DNA of 64,000 nucleotides from the human T2T-CHM13v2.0 reference genome, Homo sapiens. The stretch is from NCBI RefSeq assembly GCF_009914755.1, contig NC_060933.1; one strand, written 5' to 3'. The notes beneath the pieces were generated by a model that was given only the letters and a program-made list of their open reading frames with translations, did no database searches and was not told where the DNA came from. The translations under genes were made by a program, and so were the position numbers. Shown here piece by piece: positions 13,878-28,200 of this stretch. How positions within the stretch are numbered: the stretch's first letter is position 1; the number at the start of each line of letters is the position of its first letter.

Positions 13878-16800
13878 CAACTCGATTGCAATGGAATGGA
13901 ATAGAATGGAATGGAATGGAATGGAATGGAGTGGAATTGAATGGAATGGAATGCCTTCAAACCGAATGGAATGGAAAGGAATGGAATCAACACGAGTGGA
14001 AAGGAATGAAATGGAAAGGAATGGAATGGAATGGAATGGTACAGAATAGAATGGAATGGAACGAACTGGAATCGAATGGAATGGAATGGAATGGAATGGA
14101 ATGGAATCGTTCCGAGTGGAATAGGAGGGAATGTATTCGAGTGGAATGGAAAAGAATGGAATCAACCAGAGTGGAATGGAAGGGAATGGAATGGAATGGA
14201 AACTAATAGAATGGAATCAACCCGAGTGGAATGGAATGGAAAGGACTGGAATGGAATGGAATGGAATGGAATGGAATGGAATGGAATCAACTCGAGTAAT
14301 GGAATGGAATGGAATGGAATGGAATGGAATTAACCCGAATACAATGGAACGGAATGGAATGGAACAGAATGGAGTGGAATGGAATGGAATCAACCCGAGT
14401 GCAGGGGAATGGAATGGAATGGAATGCAATGGAATGGAATCATCCGGAATGGAATGGAATGGAATGGAATGCAAAGCAATGGAATCAACTCGATTGCAAT
14501 GGAATGGAATGGAATGGAAAGGAATAGAATGGAATCAACCCGAGTGTAATGGAATGGAAAGGACTGGAATGGAGTGGAATGGAATGGAAAGGAATGGAAT
14601 GGAATCAACTCGATTGGAATGGAATGGAATGGAATGGAATGGAATGGAATAGAATTAACCCAAATAGAATGGAATGGAATGGAATGGAACGGAATGGAAT
14701 GGAATGGAATGGAATGGAATGGAATCAACCCGACTGCAGGGGAATGGAATGGAATGGAATGGAATGGAATGGAATGGAATCATCCGGAATGGAATGGAAT
14801 GGAATGCAATGGAATGGAATGGAATGGAATCAACCCGAGTGCAATGGAATGGAATCGAATGGAATGGAATGGAATGGAATTAACCCGAATAGAATGGAAT
14901 GGAATGGAATGGAACGGAACGGAATGGAATGGAATGGAATGGAATGGAATGGAACGGAACGGAATGGAATGGAATGGAATGGAATGGAATGGAATCAACG
15001 CGAGTGCAGGGGAATGGAATGGAATGGAATGCAATGGAATGGAATCTTCCGGAATGGAATGGAATGGACTGGAATGGAATGAAATGCAATGGATTCAACT
15101 CGATTGCAATGGAATGGAATAGAATGGAATGGAATGGAATTGAATGGAATTAATTCGAATAGAATGGAATGGAATGGAATGGAACGGAATGGAACGGAAT
15201 GGAATGGAATGGAATGCAATGGAATGGTATGGAATGGAATGCAATGGTACAGAATAGAATGGAATGGAACGAATTGTAATGGAATGGAGTTGAATGGAAT
15301 CGAATGGAAAGGAATGGAATCAACGCGAGTGCAGGGGAATGTAATGGAACGGAATGCAATGGAATGGAATCATCCGGAATGGAATGGAATGGAATGGAAT
15401 ATAATGGAATGGAATGGAATCAACCCGAGTGCAATGGAATGGAGTGGAATGGAATGGAATGGAATGGAACAACCCGAATGGAATGGAATGGAATGGAGAG
15501 TAAGGGAGTTGAATAGAATCAATCCGAATGTAATGGAATGGAATGCAACGGAGTGGAATGGAATGGAATGGAATGCAATGGAGTGCAATGGAATTGAATC
15601 AACCCGAGTACAATGGAATGGAATGGAATGGAATGGAATGGAATGGAATGATGCGGAATAGAATGGAATGGAACGAAATGGAATGGAATGGAATGGAATG
15701 GAATGGAATCGTTCTGAGTGGAATAGGAGGGAATGTATTCGAGTGGAATGGAAAGGAATGGAAAAAACCTGAGAGGAATGGAAGGGAATGGAATGGAATG
15801 GAAACTAATAGAATGGAATCAACCCGAGAGGAATGAAATGGAAAGGACTGGAATGGAATGGAATGGAATGGAATCAACTCGACTGTAATGGAATGGAATG
15901 GAATGGAATGGAATGGAATGGAATGGAATGGAATGGAATTAACCCGAATACAATGCAATGGAATGGAATGGAACGGAATGGAGTGGAATCGAATGGAATC
16001 AACCCGAGTGCAGGGGAATGGAATGGAATGGAATGCAATGAAATGGAATCATCCGGAATGGAATGGAATGGAATGGAATGCAAAGCAATGGAATCAACTC
16101 GATTGCAATGGAATGGAATGGAATGGAAAGGAATACATTGGAATCAACCCGAGTGGAATGGAATGGAAAGGACTGGAATGGAGTGGAATGGAATGGAATG
16201 GAATGGAATGGAATCAACTCGATTGGAATGGAATGGAATGGAATGGAATGGAATGGAATGGAATGGAATGGAATTAATCCGAATAGAATGGAATGGAATG
16301 GAATGGAACGGAACGGAATGGAATGGAATGGAATGGAATGGAATGGAATGGAATGGAAACAACCCGACTGCAGGGGAATGGAATGGAATGGAATGCAATG
16401 GAATGGATTCAACTTGAATGGAATGGAAAGAATGGAATCAACACGAGTGGAATGGCATGGATTGGAATGGAATGGAATGGAATCAACCCGAGTACAGGGG
16501 AATGGAATGGAATGGAATGCAACGGAATTTAATCATCCGTAATGGAATGGAAAGGAATGGAATGGAATGGAATGGAATGGAATGGAATGGAATCAACTCG
16601 ATTGCAATCGAATGGAATGGAATGGAATTAACCCGAATAGAATGGAATGGAATGGAATGGAACGGAACGGAACGGAACGGAATGGATTGGAATGGAATGG
16701 AATGGAATGGAATGGAACGGAACGGAACGGAATGGAATGGAATGGAATGGAATGGAATGGAATGGAATCAACACGAGTGCAGGGGAATGGAATGGAATGG

Positions 16801-19800
16801 AATGGAATGGAATGGAATCTTCCGGAATGGAATGGAATGGAATGGAATGGAATAAACCCGAGTGAAATGGAATGGAGTGGAATGGAATGGAATGGAATGG
16901 AACAACCCGAATGGAATGGAATGTAATGGAGAGTAAGGGAGTTGAATAGAATAAATCCGAATGTAATGGAATGGAATGGAACGGAATGGAATTGAATGGA
17001 ATGGAATGGAATGCAATGGAATGGAATCAACCCGAGTTCAATGGAATGGAGAGGAATGGAATGGAATGGAATGGAAACTACCCGAATGGAATGGAATGGA
17101 ATGGAGTGTAAGGGAATTGAATAGAATCAATCCGAATGTAACGGAATGGAATGGAACGGAATGGAATGGAATGGAATGGAATGGAACGGAATGGAATGGA
17201 ATGCAATGGAATGGAATCAACCCGAGTGCAATCGAATGGAATCGAATGGAATGGAATGTAATGGAATGGATTCAACTTGAATGGAACGGAAAGAATGGAA
17301 TCAACACGAGTGGAATGGCATGGATTGGAATAGAATGTAATGGAATCAACCCGAGTACAGGGGAATGGAATGGAATGGAATGCAATGGAATGGAATCATC
17401 CGTAATGGAATGGAAAGGAATGGAATGGAATGGAATGGAATGGAATGGAATCAACTCGATTGCAATCGAATGAAATGGAATGGAATTAACCCGAATAGAA
17501 TGGAATGGAATGGAATGGAACGGAACGGAATGGAATGGAATGGAATGGAATGGAATGGAATGGAATGGAACGGAACGGAATGGAATGAATTGGAATGGAA
17601 TGGAATGGAATGGAACGGAAAGGAAGGGAATGGAATGGAATAGAATGGAATGGAATGGAATCAACGCGAGTGCAGGGGAATGGAATGGAATGGAATGCAA
17701 TGGAATGGAATCTTCCGGAATGGTATGGAATGGAATGGAATGGAATGGAATGGAATGGAATGGAATCAACTCGATTGCAATGGAATGGAATAGAATGGAA
17801 TGGAATGGAATTAATCCGAATAGAATGGAATGGAATGGAATGGAACGGAATGGAACGGAATGGAATGGAATGGAATGGAATGGAATGGAATGGTATGGAA
17901 TGGAGTGGAATGGTACGGAATAGAATGGAATGGAACGAATTGTAATGGAATGGAATGGAATGGAATGGAATTGAATGGAATGGAATAAACGCGAGTGCAG
18001 GGAAATGTAATGGAACGGAATGCAATGGAATGGAATCATCCGGAATGGAATGGAATGGAATGGAATGGAATGGAATGGAATGGAATGGAATCAGCCCGAG
18101 TGCAATGGAATGGAGTGGAATGGAATGGAATGGAATGGAACAACCCTAATGGAATGGAATGTAATGGAGAGTAAGGGAGTTGAATAGAATCAATCCGAAT
18201 GTAATGGAATGGAATGCAACGGAATGGAATGGAATGGAATGGAATGGAATGGAATGCAATGGAATTGAATCAACCCGAGTACAATGGAATGGAATGGAAT
18301 GGAATGGAATGGAATGGAATGGAATGATACGGAATAGAATGGAATGGAACGAAATGGAATGGAATGGAATGGAATGGAATGGAATGGAATGGAATGGAAT
18401 GGAATCGTTCCGAGTGGAATAGGAGGGAATGTATTCGAGTGGAATGGAAAGGAATGGTATCAACCAGAGTGGAATGGAAGGGAATGGAATGGAATGGAAA
18501 CTAATAGAATGGAATCAACCCGAGTGGAATGGAATGGAAAGGACTGGAATGGAATGGAATGGAATGGAATCAACTCGATTGTAATGGAATGGAATGGAAT
18601 GGAATGGAATGGAATGGAATGGAATGGAATGGAATTAACCCGAGTACAATGGAATGGAATGGAACGGAACGGAATGGAGTGGAATGGAATGGAATCAACC
18701 CGAGTGCAGGGGAATGGAATGGAATGGAATGCAATGGAATGGAATCATCCGGAATGGAATGGAATGGAATGGAATGCAAAGCAATGGAATCAACTCGATT
18801 ACAATGGAATGGAATGGAATGGAAGGGAATACATTGGAATCAACCCGAGTGGAATGGAATTGAAAGGACTGGAATGGAGTGGAATGGAATGGAATGGAAT
18901 GGAATGGAATCAACTCGATTGGAATGGAATGGAATGGAATGGAATGGAATGGAATTAACCCGAATAGAATGGAATGGAATGGAATGGAACGGAACGGAAC
19001 GGAATGGAATGGAATGGAATGGAATGGAATCAACCCGAATGCAGGGGAATGGAATGGAATGGAATGCAATGGAATGGATTCAACTTGAATGGAATGGAAA
19101 GAATGGAATCAACACGAGTGGAATGGCATGGATTGGAATGGAATGGAATGGAATCAACCCGAGTACAGGGGAATGGAATGGAATGGAATGCAATGGAATG
19201 GAATCATCCGTAATGGAATGGAAAGGAATGGAATGGAATGGAATGGAATGGAATAGAATGGAATGGAATCAACTCGATTGCAATGGAATGGAATGGAATG
19301 GAATTAACCCGAATAGAATGGAATGGAATGGAATGGAACGGAACGGAATGGAATGGAATGGAATGGAATGGAATGGAACGGAACGGAACGGAATGGAATG
19401 GAATGGAATGGAATGCAATCAACGCGAGTGCAGGGGAATGGAATGCAATGGAATGCAATGGAATGGAATCTTCCGGAATGGAATGGAATGGAATGGAATG
19501 GAATGAAATGCAATGGATTCAACTCGATTGCAATGGAATGGAATAGAATGGAATGGAATGGCATGGAATGGAATTAATCCGAATAGAATGGAATGGAATG
19601 GAATGGAACGGAATGGAACGGAACGGAATGGAATGGAATGGAATGGAATGGTATGGAATGGAATGGAATGGTACGGAATAGAATGGAATGGAAGGAATTG
19701 TAATGGAATGGAATTGAATGGAATGGAATGGAATCAACGCGAGTGCAGGGGAATGTAATGGAACGGAATGCAATGGAATGGAATCATCCGGAATGGAATG

Positions 19801-22234
19801 GAATGGAATGGAATGGAATGGAATGGAATGGAATCAACCCGAGTGCAATGGAATGGAGTGGAATGGAATGGAATGGAATGGAACAACCCGAATGGAATGG
19901 AATGTAATGGACAGTAAGGGAGTTGAATAGAATCAATCCGAATGTAATGGAATGGAATAGAACGGAATGGAATGGAATGGAATGGAATGGAATGGAATGG
20001 AATGCAATGGAATTGAATCAACCTGAGTACAATGGAATGGAATGGAATGGAATGGAATGGAATGGAATGGAATGGAATGGAATGATACGGAATAGAATGG
20101 AATGGAACGAAATGGAATGGAATGGAATGGAATGGAATGGAATGGAATGGAATCGTTCCGAGTGGAATAGGAGGGAATGTATTCGAGTGGAATGGAAAGG
20201 AATGGTATCAACCAGAGTGGAATGGAAGGGAATGGAATGGAATGGAAACTAATAGAATGGAATCAACCCGAGTGGAATGGAATGGAAAGGACTGGAATGG
20301 AATGGAATGGAATGGAATCAACTCGATTGTAATGGAATGGAATGGAATGGAATGGAATGGAATTAACCCGAATAAAATGGAATGGAATGGAATGGAACGG
20401 AATGGAGTGAAATGGAATGGAATCAACCCGAGTGCAGGGGAATGGAATGGAATGGAATGCAATGGAATGGAATCATCCGAAATGGAATGGAATGGAATGG
20501 AATGCAAAGCAATGGAATCAACTCGATTGCAATGGAATGGAATGGAATGGAAAGGAATACATTGGAATCAACCCGAGTGGAATGGAATGGAAAGACTGGA
20601 ATGGAGTGGAATGGAATGGAATGGAATGGAATGGAATCAACTCGATTGGAATGGAATGGAATGGAATGGAATGGAATTAACCCGAACAGAATGGAATGGA
20701 ATGGAATGGAACGGAACGGAATGGAATGGAATGGAATGGAATGGAATGGAATGGAATGGAATCAACCCGACTGCAGGGGAATGGAATGGAATGGAATGCA
20801 ATGGAATGGATTCAACTTGAATGGAATGGAAAGAATGGAATCAACACGAGTGGAATGGCATGGATTGGAATGGAATGCAATGGAATCAACCCGAGTACAG
20901 GGGAATGGAATTGAATGGAATGCAATGGAATGGAATCATCCGTAATGGAATGGAATGGAAAGGAATGGAATGGAATGGAATGGAATGGAATAGAATGGAA
21001 TGGAATCAACTCGATTGCAATCGAATGGAATGGAATGGAATTAACCCGAATAGAATGGAATGGAATGGAATGGAACGGAACGGAACGGAATGGAATGGAT
21101 TGGAATGCAATGGAATGGAATGGAATGGAACGGAAAGGAATGGAATGGAATGGAATGGAATGGAATGGAATGGAATGGAATCAACGCGAGTGCAGGGGAA
21201 TGGAATGGAATGGAATGCAATGGAATGGAATCCTCCGGAATGGAATGGAATTGAATGGAACGGAATGGAATAAACCCGAGTGCAATGGAATGGAGTGGAA
21301 TGGAATGGAATGGAATGGAACAACCCGAATGGAATGGAATGTAACGGAGAGTAAGGGAGTTGAATAGAATCAATCCAAATGTAATGGAATGGAATGGAAC
21401 GGAATGGAATTGAATGGAATGGAATGGAATGCAATGGAATGGAATCAACCCGAGTGCAATGGAATGGAGAGGAATGGAATGGAATGGAATGGAAACTACC
21501 CTAATGGAATGGAATGTAATGGAGTGTAAGGGAATTGAATAGAATCAATCCGAATGTAATGGAATGGAATGGAAGGGAATGGAATGGAATGGAATGGAAT
21601 GGAATGGAATGGAATGGAATGCAATGGAATGGAATCATCCGGAATGGAATGGAATGGAATGGAATGCAAAGCAATGAAATCAACTCGATTGCAATGGAAT
21701 GGAATGGAATGGAAAGGAATACATTGGAATCAACCCGAGTGGAATGGAATGGAAAGGACTGGAATGGAGTGGAATGGAATGGAATGGAATGGAATGGAAT
21801 CAACTCGACTGGAATGGAATGCAATGGAATGGAATGGAATTAACCCGAATAGAATGGAATGGAATGGAATGGAACGGAACGGAACGGAACGGAATGGAAT
21901 GGAATGGAATGGAATGGAATGGAATGGAATCAACCCGACTGCAGGGGAATGGAATGGAATGGAATGCAATGGAATGGATTCAACTTGAATGGAATGGAAA
22001 GAATGGAATCAACACGAGTGGAATGGCATGGAATGGACTGGAATGGAATGGAATGGAATGGAATGGTACGGAATAGAATGGAAAGGAACGAAATGGAATG
22101 GAATGAAATGGAATGGAATGGAATGGAATGGAATGGAATGGAATGGAATGGAATCAACCCGAGTGCAGGGGAATGGAATGGAATTGAAGGCAATGGAATG
22201 GAATCATCCGGAATTGAATGGAATGGAATGGAAT
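13878..22234 (+). repeat. 8.36 kb higher-order repeat, copy 1
   Basis: Identical or near-identical ORF translations recur at offsets 8357/8352/8347/8372 (14549 to 22906, 16418 to 24770, 18344 to 26691, 21006 to 29378). Private words GGAAAAAACCTGAGAG, GATGCGG and TCAGCCCGAG occur once per copy. Confidence 0.93.
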
Positions 22235-25200
22235 CAACTCGATTGCAATGGAATGGAATGGAATGGAATGGAATGGAATGGAATGGAGTGGAATTGAATG
22301 GAATGGAATGCCTTCAAACCGAATGGAATGGAAAGGAATGGAATCAACACGAGTGGAAAGGAATGAAATGGAAAGGAATGGAATGGAATGGAATGGTACA
22401 GAATAGAATGGAATGGAACGAACTGGAATCGAATGGAATGGAATGGAATGGAATGGAATGGAATCGTTCCGAGTGGAATAGGAGGGAATGTATTCGAGTG
22501 GAATGGAAAAGAACGGAATCAACCAGAGTGGATTGGAAGGGAATGGAATGGAATGGAAACTAATAGAATGGAATCAACCCGAGTGGAATGGAATGGAAAG
22601 GACTGGAATGGAATGGAATGGAATGGAATGGAATGGAATGGAATCAACTCGAGTAATGGAATGGAATGGAATGGAATGGAATGGAATTAACCCGAATACA
22701 ATGGAACGGAATGGAATGGAACAGAATGGAGTGGAATGGAATGGAATCAACCCGAGTGCAGGGGAATGGAATGGAATGGAATGCAATGGAATGGAATCAT
22801 CCGGAATGGAATGGAATGGAATGGAATGCAAAGCAATGGAATCAACTCGATTGCAATGGAATGGAATGGAATGGAAAGGAATAGAATGGAATCAACCCGA
22901 GTGTAATGGAATGGAAAGGACTGGAATGGAGTGGAATGGAATGGAAAGGAATGGAATGGAATCAACTCGATTGGAATGGAATGGAATGGAATGGAATGGA
23001 ATGGAATAGAATTAACCCAAATAGAATGGAATGGAATGGAATGGAACGGAATGGAATGGAATGGAATGGAATGGAATGGAATCAACCCGACTGCAGGGGA
23101 ATGGAATGGAATGGAATGGAATGGAATGGAATGGAATCATCCGGAATGGAATGGAATGGAATGCAATGGAATGGAATGGAATGGAATCAACCCGAGTGCA
23201 ATGGAATGGAATCGAATGGAATGGAATGGAATGGAATTAACCCGAATAGAATGGAATGGAATGGAATGGAACGGAACGGAATGGAATGGAATGGAATGGA
23301 ATGGAATGGAACGGAACGGAATGGAATGGAATGGAATGGAATGGAATGGAATCAACGCGAGTGCAGGGGAATGGAATGGAATGGAATGCAATGGAATGGA
23401 ATCTTCCGGAATGGAATGGAATGGACTGGAATGGAATGAAATGCAATGGATTCAACTCGATTGCAATGGAATGGAATAGAATGGAATGGAATGGAATTGA
23501 ATGGAATTAATTCGAATAGAATGGAATGGAATGGAATGGAACGGAATGGAACGGAATGGAATGGAATGGAATGCAATGGAATGGTATGGAATGGAATGCA
23601 ATGGTACAGAATAGAATGGAATGGAACGAATTGTAATGGAATGGAGTTGAATGGAATCGAATGGAAAGGAATGGAATCAACGCGAGTGCAGGGGAATGTA
23701 ATGGAACGGAATGCAATGGAATGGAATCATCCGGAATGGAATGGAATGGAATGGAATATAATGGAATGGAATGGAATCAACCCGAGTGCAATGGAATGGA
23801 GTGGAATGGAATGGAATGGAATGGAACAACCCGAATGGAATGGAATGGAATGGAGAGTAAGGGAGTTGAATAGAATCAATCCGAATGTAATGGAATGGAA
23901 TGCAACGGAGTGGAATGGAATGGAATGGAATGCAATGGAGTGCAATGGAATTGAATCAACCCGAGTACAATGGAATGGAATGGAATGGAATGGAATGGAA
24001 TGGAATGATGCGGAATAGAATGGAATGGAACGAAATGGAATGGAATGGAATGGAATGGAATGGAATCGTTCTGAGTGGAATAGGAGGGAATGTATTCGAG
24101 TGGAATGGAAAGGAATGGAAAAAACCTGAGAGGAATGGAAGGGAATGGAATGGAATGGAAACTAATAGAATGGAATCAACCCGAGAGGAATGAAATGGAA
24201 AGGACTGGAATGGAATGGAATGGAATGGAATCAACTCGACTGTAATGGAATGGAATGGAATGGAATGGAATGGAATGGAATGGAATGGAATTAACCCGAA
24301 TACAATGCAATGGAATGGAATGGAACGGAATGGAGTGGAATCGAATGGAATCAACCCGAGTGCAGGGGAATGGAATGGAATGGAATGCAATGAAATGGAA
24401 TCATCCGGAATGGAATGGAATGGAATGGAATGCAAAGCAATGGAATCAACTCGATTGCAATGGAATGGAATGGAATGGAAAGGAATACATTGGAATCAAC
24501 CCGAGTGGAATGGAATGGAAAGGACTGGAATGGAGTGGAATGGAATGGAATGGAATGGAATGGAATCAACTCGATTGGAATGGAATGGAATGGAATGGAA
24601 TGGAATGGAATGGAATGGAATGGAATTAATCCGAATAGAATGGAATGGAATGGAATGGAACGGAACGGAATGGAATGGAATGGAATGGAATGGAATGGAA
24701 TGGAATGGAAACAACCCGACTGCAGGGGAATGGAATGGAATGGAATGCAATGGAATGGATTCAACTTGAATGGAATGGAAAGAATGGAATCAACACGAGT
24801 GGAATGGCATGGATTGGAATGGAATGGAATGGAATCAACCCGAGTACAGGGGAATGGAATGGAATGGAATGCAACGGAATTTAATCATCCGTAATGGAAT
24901 GGAAAGGAATGGAATGGAATGGAATGGAATGGAATGGAATGGAATCAACTCGATTGCAATCGAATGGAATGGAATGGAATTAACCCGAATAGAATGGAAT
25001 GGAATGGAATGGAACGGAACGGAACGGAACGGAATGGATTGGAATGGAATGGAATGGAATGGAATGGAACGGAACGGAACGGAATGGAATGGAATGGAAT
25101 GGAATGGAATGGAATGGAATCAACACGAGTGCAGGGGAATGGAATGGAATGGAATGGAATGGAATGGAATCTTCCGGAATGGAATGGAATGGAATGGAAT

Positions 25201-28200
25201 GGAATAAACCCGAGTGAAATGGAATGGAGTGGAATGGAATGGAATGGAATGGAACAACCCGAATGGAATGGAATGTAATGGAGAGTAAGGGAGTTGAATA
25301 GAATAAATCCGAATGTAATGGAATGGAATGGAACGGAATGGAATTGAATGGAATGGAATGGAATGCAATGGAATGGAATCAACCCGAGTTCAATGGAATG
25401 GAGAGGAATGGAATGGAATGGAGTGGAAACTACCCGAATGGAATGGAATGGAATGGAGTGTAAGGGAATTGAATAGAATCAATCCGAATGTAACGGAATG
25501 GAATGGAACGGAATGGAATGGAATGGAATGGAATGGAACGGAATGGAATGGAATGCAATGGAATGGAATCAACCCGAGTGCAATCGAATGGAATCGAATG
25601 GAATGGAATGTAATGGAATGGATTCAACTTGAATGGAACGGAAAGAATGGAATCAACACGAGTGGAATGGCATGGATTGGAATAGAATGTAATGGAATCA
25701 ACCCGAGTACAGGGGAATGGAATGGAATGGAATGCAATGGAATGGAATCATCCGTAATGGAATGGAAAGGAATGGAATGGAATGGAATGGAATGGAATGG
25801 AATCAACTCGATTGCAATCGAATGAAATGGAATGGAATTAACCCGAATAGAATGGAATGGAATGGAATGGAACGGAACGGAATGGAATGGAATGGAATGG
25901 AATGGAATGGAATGGAATGGAACGGAACGGAATGGAATGAAATGGAATGGAATGGAATGGAATGGAACGGAAAGGAAGGGAATGGAATGGAATAGAATGG
26001 AATGGAATGGAATCAACGCGAGTGCAGGGGAATGGAATGGAATGGAATGCAATGGAATGGAATCTTCCGGAATGGTATGGAATGGAATGGAATGGAATGG
26101 AATGGAATGGAATGGAATCAACTCGATTGCAATGGAATGGAATAGAATGGAATGGAATGGAATTAATCCGAATAGAATGGAATGGAATGGAATGGAACGG
26201 AATGGAACGGAATGGAATGGAATGGAATGGAATGGAATGGAATGGTATGGAATGGAGTGGAATGGTACGGAATAGAATGGAATGGAACGAATTGTAATGG
26301 AATGGAATGGAATGGAATGGAATTGAATGGAATGGAATAAACGCGAGTGCATGGAAATGTAATGGAACGGAATGCAATGGAATGGAATCATCCGGAATGG
26401 AATGGAATGGAATGGAATGGAATGGAATGGAATGGAATGGAATCAGCCCGAGTGCAATGGAATGGAGTGGAATGGAATGGAATGGAATGGAACAACCCTA
26501 ATGGAATGGAATGTAATGGAGAGTAAGGGAGTTGAATAGAATCAATCCGAATGTAATGGAATGGAATGCAACGGAATGGAATGGAATGGAATGGAATGGA
26601 ATGGAATGCAATGGAATTGAATCAACCCGAGTACAATGGAATGGAATGGAATGGAATGGAATGGAATGGAATGATACGGAATAGAATGGAATGGAACGAA
26701 ATGGAATGGAATGGAATGGAATGGAATGGAATGGAATGGAATGGAATGGAATCGTTCCGAGTGGAATAGGAGGGAATGTATTCGAGTGGAATGGAAAGGA
26801 ATGGTATCAACCAGAGTGGAATGGAAGGGAATGGAATGGAATGGAAACTAATAGAATGGAATCAACCCGAGTGGAATGGAATGGAAAGGACTGGAATGGA
26901 ATGGAATGGAATGGAATCAACTCGATTGTAATGGAATGGAATGGAATGGAATGGAATGGAATGGAATGGAATGGAATGGAATGGAATGGAATGGAATGGA
27001 ATGGAATTAACCCGAGTACAATGGAATGGAATGGAACGGAATGGAATGGAGTGGAATGGAATGGAATCAACCCGAGTGCAGGGGAATGGAATGGAATGGA
27101 ATGCAATGGAATGGAATCATCCGGAATGGAATGGAATGGAATGGAATGCAAAGCAATGGAATCAACTCGATTACAATGGAATGGAATGGAATGGAAGGGA
27201 ATACATTGGAATCAACCCGAGTGGAATGGAATTGAAAGGACTGGAATGGAGTGGAATGGAATGGAATGGAATGGAATGGAATCAACTCGATTGGAATGGA
27301 ATGGAATGGAATGGAATGGAATGGAATTAACCCGAATAGAATGGAATGGAATGGAATGGAACGGAACGGAACGGAATGGAATGGAATGGAATGGAATGGA
27401 ATCAACCCGAATGCAGGGGAATGGAATGGAATGGAATGCAATGGAATGGATTCAACTTGAATGGAATGGAAAGAATGGAATCAACACGAGTGGAATGGCA
27501 TGGATTGGAATGGAATGGAATGGAATCAACCCGAGTACAGGGGAATGGAATGGAATGGAATGCAATGGAATGGAATCATCCGTAATGGAATGGAAAGGAA
27601 TGGAATGGAATGGAATGGAATGGAATAGAATGGAATGGAATCAACTCGATTGCAATGGAATGGAATGGAATGGAATTAACCCGAATAGAATGGAATGGAA
27701 TGGAATGGAACGGAACGGAATGGAATGGAATGGAATGGAATGGAATGGAACGGAACGGAACGGAATGGAATGGAATGGAATGGAATGCAATCAACGCGAG
27801 TGCAGGGGAATGGAATGCAATGGAATGCAATGGAATGGAATCTTCCGGAATGGAATGGAATGGAATGGAATGGAATGAAATGCAATGGATTCAACTCGAT
27901 TGCAATGGAATGGAATAGAATGGAATGGAATGGCATGGAATGGAATTAATCCGAATAGAATGGAATGGAATGGAATGGAACGGAATGGAACGGAACGGAA
28001 TGGAATGGAATGGAATGGAATGGTATGGAATGGAATGGAATGGTACGGAATAGAATGGAATGGAACGAATTGTAATGGAATGGAATTGAATGGAATGGAA
28101 TGGAATCAACGCGAGTGCAGGGGAATGTAATGGAACGGAATGCAATGGAATGGAATCATCCGGAATGGAATGGAATGGAATGGAATGTAATGGAATGGAA

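Noticed and set aside
26691-27878. MEWNG-repeat ORFs on the plus strand (for example 395 aa)
   Set aside because: Same artefact: every third pentamer gives an in-frame ATG. Poly-WNGME peptides are known from the SCA31 (TGGAA)n expansion, but nothing here shows translation, and the paralogous copy (18344) is frame-shifted by a 25-bp indel.
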